A DNA stretch of 64,000 nucleotides from Thermomicrobiales bacterium. GTDB taxonomy: Bacteria > Chloroflexota > Chloroflexia > Thermomicrobiales > CADCWN01. The notes under the pieces were generated by a model that was not told the DNA's origin, did no database searches, and saw only the letters and a list, made by a program, of their open reading frames with translations. The stretch's first letter is position 1. Each line of letters begins with the position of its first letter. This document shows positions 1-11,228 of the stretch, in pieces. The stretch lies in NCBI GenBank assembly GCA_030446685.1, contig JAUJMV010000039.1, positions 15,447 through 79,446 on the forward strand, given 5' to 3'. Position numbers and translations under genes: made by a program.

Positions 1-3
1 CGG

Positions 4-1145
4 ATGCTGACTCGCCTGTTCCATCACTGGGTCCATCGCGGGAAGGCGCTTGCTCGCGCGCTCCAGCAATGCCTGGCCGCAGCGACGAAACCAGCCGGCC
101 GGAGCGTCGTTGTGGGCACGCTCACGGATCTCGCACGCAGCCGATCGGCTCTCATCGCTGAGAATGCGCTCCTGTGCCAGCAACTCCTCATCCTCCGACG
201 CAGCGGCAAGCGCCCGCGCTGCGCCCCGGCCGACCGCACGCTCCTGGTCCTCCCGGCCCGCCGTTTCCGGGTATGGCGGCGGGCGCTGCTGATCGTCAAA
301 CCGGAGACGGTGCTGCGCTGGCACCGAACAGGATTTCGCGCACTCTGGCGACGGAAGTCACGATCCCGGTCGGCGTCGAAGCCGAGGTGGCGGTCGAGAC
401 GATCGCGCTGATCCGGGCGATGGCCGCCGCGAATCGGCTGAGGGGTGCCGAGCGCATCCGGGGCGAGCTGCTGAAGCTGGGCATCCCCGTCGCCAAGACC
501 ACCATCCAGCGGCACATGCGCGATGCGCGCCCGCCCCGTCGAGACGGCCAGACGTGGGCCACCTTCCTGCGCAACCACGCGCACGAGCTCTGGGCCTGTG
601 ACTTCCTCCCCGTCACCGACGCGCTCTTCCGACCCCTACACGCGTTCTTCGTGATCGCGCTCGGGTCGCGCCGCGTGGTCCACATCGGCGTGACGCGCCA
701 CCCGACCGACGCCTGGGTCGCCCAGCAGCTGCGCGGGGCCACCCCGTGCGGCCAGCGCCCCCGCTACCTCATCCGCGACAACGACAGCAGGTACTGTCCT
801 GCGTTCTCTCGGGTCGTCAAGGCGCGCGGCATCGCCGAGTGGCGGACGGCCTATCGCGCGCCCCGGCAGAACGTGACCTGCGAGCGGTTCCTCGGCAGCG
901 TCCGGCGCGAATGCCTGGATCAGCTGCTGGTGCTGAGTGCAGGGCACCTGCGGCGCGTGCTGCGGGAATACACGGGATACTTCAATCGGCACCGGCCCCA
1001 TCAAAGCCTGCATCAGCATGTCCCCCACGCGCCAGCCGGAGGAACGCCCCAATCGGGAGCGGCACGGGAGTGTTTGCGCCATCCCGGTCCTCGGTGGCCT
1101 ACCCCATGTCGACCGACGAGCCGCGTGACACCACGGATGAGCTAG
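4..1145 (+). pseudogene. DDE (rve/integrase-core) transposase, disrupted by at least two frameshifts
   Basis: ORF 4..411 carries the N-terminal LIAENALL-QQL-ILRR and IVKPETVLRWHR strings typical of this transposase type. The protein continues in ORF 174..1145 (GAERIRGELLKLGI, ACDF, IRDNDS, FNRHRPHQSL). The expected AIPVLGGL tail lies in a third frame (ORF 937..1128). Confidence 0.75.
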
Positions 1146-1271
1146 ACAGCCAAGACAGGGGCAGGGATGCCGGGCGACTGGACTCTTCGGCCGGCACAGG
1201 GATCACTCTCGCGTGTTGTGCTGGCGACCGGATCGCTGCGGGAGGATCGCTGCGGGAAAGGATGGAGGGCG

Positions 1272-1919
1272 ATGGAACTCTTCGAGGCGATGTACACGCT
1301 GCGCTCGATGCGGCGGCTGAAGCCGGACCCGATCCCCGACGAGCAGATTCGCACCATCCTCGATGCGGCGATCCGCGCCGCCAGCGGCGGCAACCAGCAG
1401 TCCTGGGCCTTTATCGTCGTGCGCGACCGGGCGGTCAAGGACGAGATCGCGGCGATCTATCTCGAAGGCTGGCGGGCCCTCAAGGCGTCGGGCTACGGGC
1501 AGGCCCCGCCCGACGCGCCCGAGGAGGAGCGCCGTCGCCAGGGGCGGGTGCTGCGGAGCGCGGAGCACCTGGCCGAGCACCTGGCCGACGCGCCGGTCTG
1601 GATCTTCCCGTGCGCGCGGATCGGGTCGCAGCCGCCGACGCTGACCAGCGGCTCGTCGATCTACCCGGCGGTGCAGAACCTGATGCTGGCTGCCCGCGCC
1701 CTCGGCATCGGCACCACGCTGACGACGATCTACCGGCGCGAGAACGCGCGGGTGAGTGCGCTGCTGGGCCTGCCCGAGGGCTGGGACACCGCCGCGCTAA
1801 TCCCGCTCGGCTACCCCGAGGGGAAGTGGGGCACGGCGGCGCGGCAGCCGGTCGAGACGGTGACTTACGGCGAGCGCTTCGGCCAGCCATTCTTCGGCCC
1901 CACCGCGGACAGCGATTGA
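1272..1919 (+). CDS. nitroreductase family protein
   Basis: ORF 1167..1919 with a likely ATG at 1272. MELFEAMYTLRSMRRLKPDPIPDEQI...SGGNQQSWAFIVV is a classic nitroreductase N-terminus. The frame is uninterrupted. Confidence 0.8.
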   Translation: MELFEAMYTLRSMRRLKPDPIPDEQIRTILDAAIRAASGGNQQSWAFIVVRDRAVKDEIAAIYLEGWRALKASGYGQAPPDAPEEERRRQGRVLRSAEHLAEHLADAPVWIFPCARIGSQPPTLTSGSSIYPAVQNLMLAARALGIGTTLTTIYRRENARVSALLGLPEGWDTAALIPLGYPEGKWGTAARQPVETVTYGERFGQPFFGPTADSD

Positions 1920-2107
1920 CAGCTACGTTGACAGCTATCTGGGCGGATTGCGGTGCTACGCCACGGATGTGGTGGACGAGATTTCCTCGCTATGACTGGG
2001 AAAATGGCGGTATGATCGGACCCCGGTGGGGACTGAAAATTGCCTTGTCGGCGTCGCGATACGGACCCAGGGCTGAGTCGGATGAACGTTGCGCATACCG
2101 GTGCCGG

Positions 2108-2440
2108 CTACCTTCGCTGTCCACCCCAAATCCCTGGCAGTCATGAGCTGCGAGGGCCAGGATCAAGGCCCGGATGGCGCAGGTAGCCAACACAGCCATC
2201 CATCCGGAGGCGATCGAGGCTGGACTCCGGATCGCAACGAGCGCGCGGGAACAACCCTTATGCTCGGTTCCCTATTCCTCTCCTCGCTCACGGTATCCCC
2301 GCCTTTGTTGGCGACTTTCGCCGTCCGCCCGAAGATTGGGGAATTCTCGGTGGGAGAGTGCCCGCAACTGGTGACGGATGAGCAAAGTAACCAGCACAGC
2401 CGCCAACACCATCCTGTGCTATCCTGCCGTCGCCATCGGT
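2108..2440. repeat. imperfect tandem duplication, about 204-bp period, in a lower-GC spacer
   Basis: CTACCTTCGCTGTCCACCCC (2108) aligns with CGACTTTCGCCGTCCGCCCG (2312). GCAGGTAGCCAACACAGCC (2179) aligns with GCAAAGTAACCAGCACAGCC (2382). CACAGCC recurs at exactly +204. Confidence 0.55.
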
Positions 2441-2474
2441 GCGGGCCGATGGCGATGCGAGAGGGGGAGGCGCG

Positions 2475-3302
<828 letters not shown>

Positions 3303-3469
3303 CGCGGGCCAGGGCGGCTGAAGTCACCGCCCTTGGCGCCGCGGCGGCGCGAATCCCCCCGGCGGGGACAGGCGCCCCGCGGGCACAAGCCCGTCGGCGC
3401 GGGTTCGGCGGCCCATCGCGACACCCCTGTCACTGACGGCTAGCGGATTAGGAAGGGGTACCTCGTAGG

Positions 3470-4507
3470 ATGACGGTACGGCTCGGGTTTATCGGCACGG
3501 GCAGCATCGCGGTCAGCCACCTGGCGAACTTGCTGGCGCAGCCCGACGCGGAGGTGGTCGCCCTCTGCGACCTCGCGGAGGAGCGGATCGACGCGGCGCG
3601 GGAGGCGGTCGCCCGCAAGCTGGGGGCCGGGGGACGCCCGCTCGACGCCGCCGGCTACACCGACTACCGCGCGATGCTGCGCGACGAGCGCCTCGACGCG
3701 GCCTACCTCTGCCTGCCGCCCTTCGCGCACGGCGACCCGGAGGAGGCGGTGATCGCCGCCGGCGTGCCGCTGCTGGTGGAGAAGCCGGTCGCGCTCGATC
3801 TCGCCCCCGCCGCGCGCATCCAGGCGCGCATCCACGAGTGCGGGCTGCTGGTGGCGACCGGCTACCAGCTGCGCTACGCCCCCTACGCGGACCGGGCGCG
3901 CGAGTTGCTGGCCGGGCGCCAGATCGGCCAGGCGGTGGTGACGCGCTTCGGCCGGACGCCGGGGACGCCCTGGTACCACCGGCAGGACCGCTCCGGTGGG
4001 CAACTGATCGAGATGGCGACGCACCAGGTCGATCTCCTGCGCGCCCTTGTCGGCGAGGTGCGGACGGTCTACGCCGCGGCGGCGACCCGGATCAACCACC
4101 TGCGGCAGCCGGACTACGACATCTTCGACGCCAACGCGATGGCGCTGACCTTCGAGAACGGCGCGGTCGGCTCGTTCGTCAACAACTTCCTCGCGCAGCC
4201 GGGCCTGCCCCCCAGCGCGGGGCAGCTGCAGATCTTCGCCGACGGCCTGAACCTCGCCATCGCCGGCGGGCTGCGCGTCGTCACCGGTGACAGCGTCACC
4301 GAGGAGTCGGACGCCGGCGATGCGATGGCCCGCCAAGACGCGGCGTTCGTCCGCGCGGTGGCCGAGGGGCGCCCCGACCTGATCCGCTCCGACTACGCCA
4401 ACGCCGTTCGCACCCTCGCCGTGACGGTCGCCGCCGAGCGCTCCGCGCGGAGCGGCCGGCCGATCGAGGTGGCGCAGCTGCTGGCGGAGGAAGTGCCGGG
4501 GCTGTGA
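3470..4507 (+). CDS. Gfo/Idh/MocA family oxidoreductase
   Basis: MTVRLGFIGTGSIA Rossmann N-terminus and an LLVEKPVAL (EKP) motif. 345 aa, uninterrupted. Confidence 0.85.
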   Translation: MTVRLGFIGTGSIAVSHLANLLAQPDAEVVALCDLAEERIDAAREAVARKLGAGGRPLDAAGYTDYRAMLRDERLDAAYLCLPPFAHGDPEEAVIAAGVPLLVEKPVALDLAPAARIQARIHECGLLVATGYQLRYAPYADRARELLAGRQIGQAVVTRFGRTPGTPWYHRQDRSGGQLIEMATHQVDLLRALVGEVRTVYAAAATRINHLRQPDYDIFDANAMALTFENGAVGSFVNNFLAQPGLPPSAGQLQIFADGLNLAIAGGLRVVTGDSVTEESDAGDAMARQDAAFVRAVAEGRPDLIRSDYANAVRTLAVTVAAERSARSGRPIEVAQLLAEEVPGL

Positions 4508-4557
4508 GGCCGGGGGCGCCGCGTGGCGCCCGCCGACGGACTATTGGGAGGGGAGCG

Positions 4558-5313
4558 ATGCTGATCGGGGCGCGGCAGGGGTGCGTGGCGGGTGGCCAGA
4601 CGATCGAGGAGAAGCTGAGTATCCTCAAGAGCTTCGGGTACGACTTCCTGGAGCTGGCGCTGACGCGGGAGGAGATCGCCGGGCTGGGGCCGGAATCCGC
4701 CGGGGCCTACCGGGAGATGATCGCGCGGGCGGGGCTGCCGATCCGCTCGACCAGCCTCGGCCACTTCGGCGGCTTCGGGGGGCTGGCGGCCGACGGGCGG
4801 GCGGAGATCGTGCGCCACATCCGCGCGCTGATCCCCTTCACGCGCGCCATCGGGGCCGACACCATCCTGCTGGCGACCCGCGAGGAGGGCACGGACCCGA
4901 CCGCCCACGCCGCGGTCTACCGCCGGGAGTTGGTGCCGGTGGCGGCGGAGGCCGCCGGGGCCGGCGTCACGCTCGCCTGCGAGCACATCGGCTGGTACAC
5001 GCCCGCCGCGCTGGCGGCGCTGGTCGGCGCGGTCGACCACCCGGCGTTACGCATCTACTTCGACATGGGGAACTGCCTCCACGTCGGGGAGGACCCGCTC
5101 GAACAGGCGCGGATTTGCGCCCCGCTGACGTCGCAACTGCACATCAAGGGCGGGCCGACCACGCCGCTCGGCGCAATGCCCCTCGCCGCGGTGCGCGAGA
5201 TCCTCGCGGCGGCCGGCTTCCCCGGGCGGGGCTGCCTGGAGATCCCGGCCGTGGAAGGCGACCGGCCCCTGGCGGAGGCGCGGGGTCTGCTGAAAATGGC
5301 CGGCTACCGGTGA
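4558..5313 (+). CDS. sugar phosphate isomerase/epimerase (xylose-isomerase-like TIM barrel)
   Basis: ATG 4558 follows GGGAGGGGAG. LACEHIGWY, YFDMGNCLHVGEDP and LHIKG are typical of the family. The frame is uninterrupted. Confidence 0.8.
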   Translation: MLIGARQGCVAGGQTIEEKLSILKSFGYDFLELALTREEIAGLGPESAGAYREMIARAGLPIRSTSLGHFGGFGGLAADGRAEIVRHIRALIPFTRAIGADTILLATREEGTDPTAHAAVYRRELVPVAAEAAGAGVTLACEHIGWYTPAALAALVGAVDHPALRIYFDMGNCLHVGEDPLEQARICAPLTSQLHIKGGPTTPLGAMPLAAVREILAAAGFPGRGCLEIPAVEGDRPLAEARGLLKMAGYR

Positions 5314-5341
5314 GCGGGCGGCCGGCGACGGTGCTGGCCGA

Positions 5342-5990
5342 AAAGTCTATCCGTCGATCGCGATGACCACATGTCATCCGTATGAACCGGGCGGGCGGAT
5401 TAACTTTACGGCCAGGACAGCCGGTGGTCTTCTCGAAATTCGGCAACACGCTCGCCGGGCCCGGTGAGCGGATTCCTCTGCCCGCCACCGCGGCGGAGTA
5501 CGACTACGAGGCGGAGCTCGCGATCGTCATCGGGCGGGGCGCGCGGGACGTCGACGAGCGCGCCGCGCTGCGCTATGTGCTGGGCTACTGCAACGCCAAC
5601 GATCTCAGCGCGCGCGACCTGCAGATGCGGACCGGGCAATGGCTCCTGGGCAAGACGCTGGACAAGTTCCTGCCGATCGGCCCGTATCTGGTGACGGCCG
5701 AGGCGCTCGCCGAGCCCCAGAACCTGGGCGTCCGCTGCTGGGTCAACGGCGAGCTGCGACAGGACGCGACCACGGCCGACATGATCTTCACGGTGGCCGA
5801 GCTGGTGAGCTATCTCAGCCAGTACATGACCCTCGATCCGGGCGACATCATCTGCACCGGGACGCCGGCGGGGGTCGTCATGGGCATGGCGGAGAAGCGC
5901 TGGCTCACGCCGGGCGATGAAGTCGCCGTGGCCATCGAGCGGCTCGGCCGCTTGACCAACGTGATGACGGGTGGCCGCGCGCTTGCGTGA
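5342..5990 (+). pseudogene. fumarylacetoacetate hydrolase (FAH) family, 5'-truncated and frameshifted
   Basis: ORF 5382..5990 holds the FAH catalytic domain (DYEAELAIVIG, GTPAGV). The expected upstream KVx-x-G-NY-x-H-x-x-E-G segment is degenerate and in another frame (KVYPSIAMTTCHPYEPGG from 5342). It abuts the preceding gene, leaving no room for an N-terminal domain. Confidence 0.6.
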
Positions 5991-6549
5991 TACGCCGACA
6001 AGCACCCGCCGGCGCTGCCCCAGCCCCCTCGGGTGTCCCGGCTGTGTAGTCCATCCGACGGGATTATTTGGCAGTCCAGGCGCACGAGTGCCAGGATCTA
6101 CCTGCGGATGGACTACACGGCCAGGACAGGCGCAGGCGACCCAGTCGGCGCGGGAGGCCCCCCTCCCGCCAGTTGTGGGGTCCGACAAGCAACGATGCCG
6201 CTGGCGAATCCCACCTCGGCTACGCTGCCTGGGCCAGCAGTCTGATGGTCGGCGCGCGGCGCGGCGCGTGGTGTCTCGGCGAGCCGGGCACCCACCCGCG
6301 CGCAGTCGCGCGCAGCGGCCGTCATGATGTGTTGCAGGTGCGCCCGCCGTGCCGCTACTGCGCCTGTAGGCCCAACCACCCCGGGGCGGTACGCGTCAAA
6401 CCCGGACCCCGCCGCGGCGCGCGCGGCGATGCGCCCGCACGGCGGGTCCGACGGCGCGCGCCGGGTGGCCCGGTGCTGAATCGGCACCGGCGCTGGGGCC
6501 AGGACCCACCCCCCAGCGGCCGGGGCGTCCTCCCCGGTCGCGGGCGTCG

Positions 6550-7566
6550 CTACCGGGTGCGCTCGTGCGCCGCCGACCAGTCCCGCCAGGCGCCGCTGTT
6601 GGCGCTCTCCTGCGCCAGCAGCGCGAGCCGCGTGGCCGCGAAGACCTCCGTCGCGCGGATGACCTGCTCGCGCCCCGCCCGGATCGCGGCGAAGAAGTCG
6701 CCCGGTGCGGAGCCCGGCGGCGGGAGCGGGACCAGGCGGGGCGGTCGGCGGTGGGTGGCGACGAGCAGCTCGTGGTGCGCCCAGCGCAGTTCCGCCGTCC
6801 CCGCGACGCCGGTCAGCACCATCCGATAGTCGCCGTGGTACGGCGCGGCCTCGGGGCTGAACCAGTGCGCCTCGATCGTCGCCAGCAACCCGTCGGCGGT
6901 GCGCAGATGGACCTGGCCGTGGTCCTCGAATTCCGGCAGGTCGCGATTGGCCCGATTGCCGGTCAGCCCCTGCACCAGCCCCGCCCGCGCGCCGGTGAAC
7001 CAGAGCAGCAGGTCGAGGTCGTGGATCGCCAGGTCGTTGAGGATGCCGCCGTAGCTCGCGCGCCGGAACATCCAGGCCGGGCGCGCGGCGCGGCGCAGGC
7101 GATGCGGCCCGGAACTCCAGGCCAGCGCCAGGTCGCCCAGGTCGCCGGCGGCCAGCAGCTCGCGCAGGGCCAGGGTGGGCGGGGAGAACCGCTTCTCCAG
7201 CAGCACCGCGAGGAGGCGACCACTGCGCCGCCAGGCCCCCTCGATGGCGTCGAGGTCGGCCAGCCGCGTGCAGAGCGGCTTGTCCGCCACGACGTGCGCG
7301 CCGCTGTCCAGGCAATCCACGACGATCCCCGCCCGCGCGCCGTTGACCGCGACGACCCCGACCGCGTCCAGCCGCTCGGTCGCCAGCATCTCGCGGTGGT
7401 CGGCGTAGGCGACGACGCCCAGGCGGCTGGCGAACTGCTCGCGGAGCGCCGGGTCATCCTCCGCCAGCGCGCAGAGCCGCACCTCGCCCGGGCGCCGCGC
7501 GATCTCGTCGATCAGGTATTCCACGTGGGCGTGCCGCACGCCGGCGATCCCGAAACGGATGGTCAT
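6550..7566 (-). CDS. Gfo/Idh/MocA family oxidoreductase
   Basis: Start MTIRFGIAGVRHAH at 7566, with VVADKPLC. 338 codons uninterrupted. The upstream part of ORF 6550..8022 looks non-coding. Confidence 0.85.
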   Translation of the reverse strand: MTIRFGIAGVRHAHVEYLIDEIARRPGEVRLCALAEDDPALREQFASRLGVVAYADHREMLATERLDAVGVVAVNGARAGIVVDCLDSGAHVVADKPLCTRLADLDAIEGAWRRSGRLLAVLLEKRFSPPTLALRELLAAGDLGDLALAWSSGPHRLRRAARPAWMFRRASYGGILNDLAIHDLDLLLWFTGARAGLVQGLTGNRANRDLPEFEDHGQVHLRTADGLLATIEAHWFSPEAAPYHGDYRMVLTGVAGTAELRWAHHELLVATHRRPPRLVPLPPPGSAPGDFFAAIRAGREQVIRATEVFAATRLALLAQESANSGAWRDWSAAHERTR

Positions 7567-8070
7567 GGCTCGCTGCTCCAACGCGCGCATGCGCATGCTA
7601 TGGCGACGCCGCGCGTTCGTCCCGGTCGTGGGCCGGTCCGCGTACCTCGTTGGTCCGTTCAACCGCCACCGCCGCGCGGTCCCAGGTGCAGAGGACGCCA
7701 CCGGCGCGTGCCCCACGGTCAGGCCGGATCGCGGCGAGTTCCCAGGCCGCCGCGCGGCGCGCGACCCCGGCGCTCGCCCCCACCACCGCCTCGTCGCGCG
7801 CAGGCGGCGGTTGCCCGTGACCCCGCCGTCAGCACCGCAGCGCGCGGGTTTCCCGTGGCGGCGGAGGGTGGCGCCGCGCCCGCCATCGCCGTTGCGCTGC
7901 GGATCGACCAAGCCCGGCGCGAGCCGGGGCAGCGCGGTGCCCGTGCCGGGCAGGGCTCGTTGGCGGCCACCGGCCCATCCACCACGACCCGCGCCTGGGC
8001 GCCCGCGCCGGTATTCAGCCACCGGCCGGCGCCGATCGCCGCCCGCGCCGCGTCCCGGTCCCGTCCGCCA

Positions 8071-8862
8071 TCACGCGCCATACGCCGCCGTGTCCAGGTA
8101 GAGCGTGCAGCGCGGGTGCGTCCGCAGGATCGAGGCGGGACAGGACGTCGCGATCGGCCCGGTCAGCGCCTGCCGGACCGCCTCGCGCTTGGTGGGGCCC
8201 GGCACGGCGCAGAAGAGGCGCCGGCCGGCGAGCAGCGCCGGGATGGTCAGCGTCAGCGCGCGGGCCGGCACCGCGGCGAGCGCGGGGAAGCAGCCGTCGT
8301 TGACCTGCTGCCGGCGGCAGGCCGCGTCGAGCTCGACCGGCTTGATGCGCGCCGGGTCGTGGAAATCGGCGACCGGCGGGTCGTTGAACGCCAGGTGCCC
8401 GTTCTCGCCGATGCCCAGGCAGACGAGGTCGATCGGCGCCGCCGTCAGCAACGCGGCGTACCGGCGGCATTCGGCCTCCGGGTCGGCGTTGCCGTCGATC
8501 AGGTGGACCGCGCCGGGGCGGACGCGGTCGAAGAGCCGGTCGCGCAGGAAGCGCCCGAAGCGCTGCGGCGCCTCCGGCGCCAGGCCGATGTACTCGTCCA
8601 TGTGGAACGCGACCACGCGCGACCAGTCGATGCCGTCCGCCGCGACCAGCGCCGCCAGCAGCTCGTTCTGCGACGGCGCGGCGGCGCAGACCAGCCGGAC
8701 GCGCGCCTGCCGCGCCAGCAGGTCCCGCAGCGCGCCGGCGACGTCCGCGCCCGCCGCCGCGCCCAACGCGTCCCGGTCGGCGTAGACGCGCACCTGGAGG
8801 CGATCCACCTGCGTGGACACGGCCGGCCGGAGAGGGACAGCCACGATGGCAACTCCTTTCAT
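8071..8862 (-). CDS. nagB: glucosamine-6-phosphate deaminase-like protein (NagB/6-phosphogluconolactonase superfamily)
   Basis: FHMDEYIGL and GIGENGHLAFNDP motifs. The likely start is MKGVAIV at 8862. The frame is uninterrupted. Confidence 0.75.
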   Translation of the reverse strand: MKGVAIVAVPLRPAVSTQVDRLQVRVYADRDALGAAAGADVAGALRDLLARQARVRLVCAAAPSQNELLAALVAADGIDWSRVVAFHMDEYIGLAPEAPQRFGRFLRDRLFDRVRPGAVHLIDGNADPEAECRRYAALLTAAPIDLVCLGIGENGHLAFNDPPVADFHDPARIKPVELDAACRRQQVNDGCFPALAAVPARALTLTIPALLAGRRLFCAVPGPTKREAVRQALTGPIATSCPASILRTHPRCTLYLDTAAYGA

Positions 8863-9265
8863 ACCCGTATGGCTCGCGCCGCGCCACAGCGCGGGCGTGC
8901 CCGCCCAAGCCGACGCCGGCGCCGCCTCCCGAAGGGCTACGACTGCGACCAGTTCGTCCCGCGCGATCGGCGGCGCATCGTTGAGGACCGGCTCTACCAC
9001 CCCGACACGGCATCCGGCCGAGGAGATCCTCGGGCCGCTCGACGAGATTACCCCTCGTCTCGCGCAGCGACGCAACGTATTCGCCGACCCGCACCGGTTC
9101 GACCGCCCGCGACGTACCGACCGACACCGCGACGATCCGCGCGCCGGCGACGCGCCACCCCGACCCGAGCCCCTGGTAGGTCGCGCCGCCGCGCGACCTG
9201 ACAGGCAGGGCTGGCGGCGTACGTGACGCCGCCCGGCCTGGGCGTCCTCCCCGCTCCTGTCCCGC

Positions 9266-10336
9266 TCAGCGCGTCGCGGCGAGCGGCAACGTCACCTCGC
9301 GCCCGGTGCGGGCGGACGCGTACAGGGCCAGGATGATCTCCAGGGGTTTGCGCGCCTCCTCGCCCGTGACGACCGGGTCGCGATCCGCCGCGATCGCCGC
9401 GAGCAGATCGGCGATCTGGGCGCGGTGGGTGGTGATCCGCAGCGCCGCCGGATCGGCCATCGTCGCGACCGGCTCCGCGGGCGCCTGCCCCTCCTGGCCG
9501 GACGCCGCGTCGCCGGCCCCCCGCTCATCCTTGAACCGCCAGGACGTGACCTCGCCGGCTTCGAGCATGACGGCGCCGCCGACGCCGACGATCTCCAGGG
9601 CCTCCCGCAGGCCGCCGTAGACGGCGGTGCTCCCCTGGATCGTGCCGAGGGCGCCGCCCCGGAAGGTCACGATCCCCACCGCCAGGTCCTCGACCGCGAT
9701 GTCGTGCGCCGCCGTGGCGGTCCGGGCCACGACCTGCTCGACCGGCCCCATCACCCACTGCAGCAGGTCCACGTAATGCACGCCCTGGTTCATCAGCGCG
9801 CCGCCGCCGTCGAGGGCCCAGGTGCCCCGCCAGTCGCCGCTGTCGTAGTACTCCTGCGTGCGATAGTACTGCATCACCGCGTTGCCGAGGATCAGCCGCT
9901 CGAAGCGCCCCGCCTCCAGCGCCGCGCGCAGGCGGCGCACGCCCGGCCGGAAGCGGTGCTGCGAGATCACCGCCAGCTTGACCCCCTGCTCGCGGCAGGC
10001 GGCGATCAGCCGGTCGGCGGCCGCCAGCGTGATGTCGATCGGCTTCTCGCAGATGACGTGCTTGCCGGCCTGCGCCGCCCGCACGCCGACCTCCGCGTGC
10101 AGCCCGCTCGGCACGCAGACGCAGACGACGTCGACATCCGGGCGGGCCAGCGCGGCCGCCAGGTCGGTGTAGGCCTCGCCGCCGAACTCCGCCGCCAGCT
10201 GGGCCGCCCGCTCCGGCACGACGTCGACGACGGCGCGGAGTTCGGCGGCGGGGAGGCTGGCGATGCACCGGGCGTGGATCGGCGCGATGACGCCGCACCC
10301 GACGACGGCAAAGCCATGAACGCGATCGCTGGTCAT
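9266..10336 (-). CDS. Gfo/Idh/MocA family oxidoreductase
   Basis: Start MTSDRVHGFAVVGCGVIAPIHA at 10336, with VICEKPIDIT. 356 codons uninterrupted. Confidence 0.85.
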   Translation of the reverse strand: MTSDRVHGFAVVGCGVIAPIHARCIASLPAAELRAVVDVVPERAAQLAAEFGGEAYTDLAAALARPDVDVVCVCVPSGLHAEVGVRAAQAGKHVICEKPIDITLAAADRLIAACREQGVKLAVISQHRFRPGVRRLRAALEAGRFERLILGNAVMQYYRTQEYYDSGDWRGTWALDGGGALMNQGVHYVDLLQWVMGPVEQVVARTATAAHDIAVEDLAVGIVTFRGGALGTIQGSTAVYGGLREALEIVGVGGAVMLEAGEVTSWRFKDERGAGDAASGQEGQAPAEPVATMADPAALRITTHRAQIADLLAAIAADRDPVVTGEEARKPLEIILALYASARTGREVTLPLAATR

Positions 10337-10752
10337 CGGCTCGTCCCTGTCCTCCCCTTCCCCGGCGGGAAGCTGTCGCCGCTCCACGGCAACGCCGGGG
10401 AGTCCCGGATGTACGCTGCGCGCGCCGCCGCTCGCCCCAGGGTCTCGGCCGCCGCGTCGCGCCGCCCCGCCACCGTGTGGCCCGCCGGCACCGGGCCGCC
10501 GAAGACCCGCAGCACCGACGCGCCGAGGTCCGCCGCCAGCGCCGCGTAGCGGCCGATCTACCCGACCGTCGCCGCGTGCTCCGCGGCGGACGGCTGCGCC
10601 AGGCGGGCGCCGAGGGCGAGGCCACTCACCGCGGCGGCGTGCCCCCATGCGACCCGCAACTCGACGGCCTCGAAGCCGTACGCCCCGGCCGCGGCGGCCA
10701 ATTGATCGAGCGTCCAGCCGGGGGCGACCGAACTCACGAAGCCGAAACGCAT
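10333..10752 (-). pseudogene. xylose-isomerase-like TIM-barrel protein, truncated and frameshifted remnant
   Basis: MRFGFVSSVAPGWTLDQLAAAAGAYGFEAVELR starts at 10752 (ORF 10558..10860). It continues in another frame (LRVFGGPVPAGHTVAG, ORF 10333..10515). Only about 140 of the roughly 270 expected codons are present. Confidence 0.55.
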
Positions 10753-11228
10753 TTGCACCTCTCCCGTCAGTCTCGTGGGCGCGACCCCGCAGAGACGGCC
10801 CCACAGTGTGCGGTAGGCGCTAACGGCTGACTCGACCGTAGGCGCGTTGTTCGTGCTCATCCCTGCTGACCGTAACGGGGCGGTGCGCCAATGCAGGGGG
10901 TGGGCAATCGGATACGCCGGCCGTCGGTGCCCACAGCATATGCCCGGAGCAGACCGCTGTCAAGCGATGCCCGGCCTAAGCGATGCCCTGCCTCATGGTA
11001 GCCCTGAGACGCAGCCAGGCGGCCTGGGGGGCGGCTGTCGCCTCGCGCCTCGCGCCGCCCGCCCCCGGCATCCCGCCGGAGCGGCCCGGAAGCGTCGGGG
11101 AGTGCCAGGTGCATTGCCGGGCACGTGCGCTGGTCACACCGGGCTCTTGGCGGTACGATGTTCGCGCCCGCCGCTCGCTGCGGGCGTTGGCCGCGCCGGT
11201 CAGGCCCACCCGCCCAAGGAGTTCGCCG

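Noticed and set aside
2330-2440. Cobalamin-riboswitch-like core (GGGGAATTCTCGGTGGGAGAGTGCCCGCAACTGGTGACGG ... ATCCTGCC) just upstream of the PIG-L gene.
   Set aside because: Only the GGGAA / GGTG / CCCGCAACTG elements resemble the consensus. The GCCACTG element and a proper B12 box (..AGACCTGCC) are missing or degenerate, and the downstream gene is not a typical B12-regulated gene. It is still worth one cmsearch with RF00174.
5408-6129. Direct 13-mers ACGGCCAGGACAG at 5408 and 6117 flanking the FAH remnant, a related CCAGGACAGGC string at 14432, and a 14-bp inverted repeat GTGTAGTCCATCCG / CGGATGGACTACAC at 6044..6057 / 6105..6118.
   Set aside because: These are too short, and the genome is too GC-biased, to separate them from chance or from a simple terminator-like hairpin without genome-wide counts.
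6565-9201. Very long ORFs in the track that run antisense to, or out of frame with, recognisable genes. Examples: 6565..9201 (+), 6113..7315 (-), 18230..19735 (-), 18969..20729 (-), 44468..46075 (-), 44524..46437 (+), 51522..53216 (-), 57517..58887 (-).
   Set aside because: Their translations are Arg/Gly/Pro/Ala-rich low-complexity strings, typical of shadow frames in very GC-rich DNA. They overlap genes with clear family motifs on the other strand or frame.
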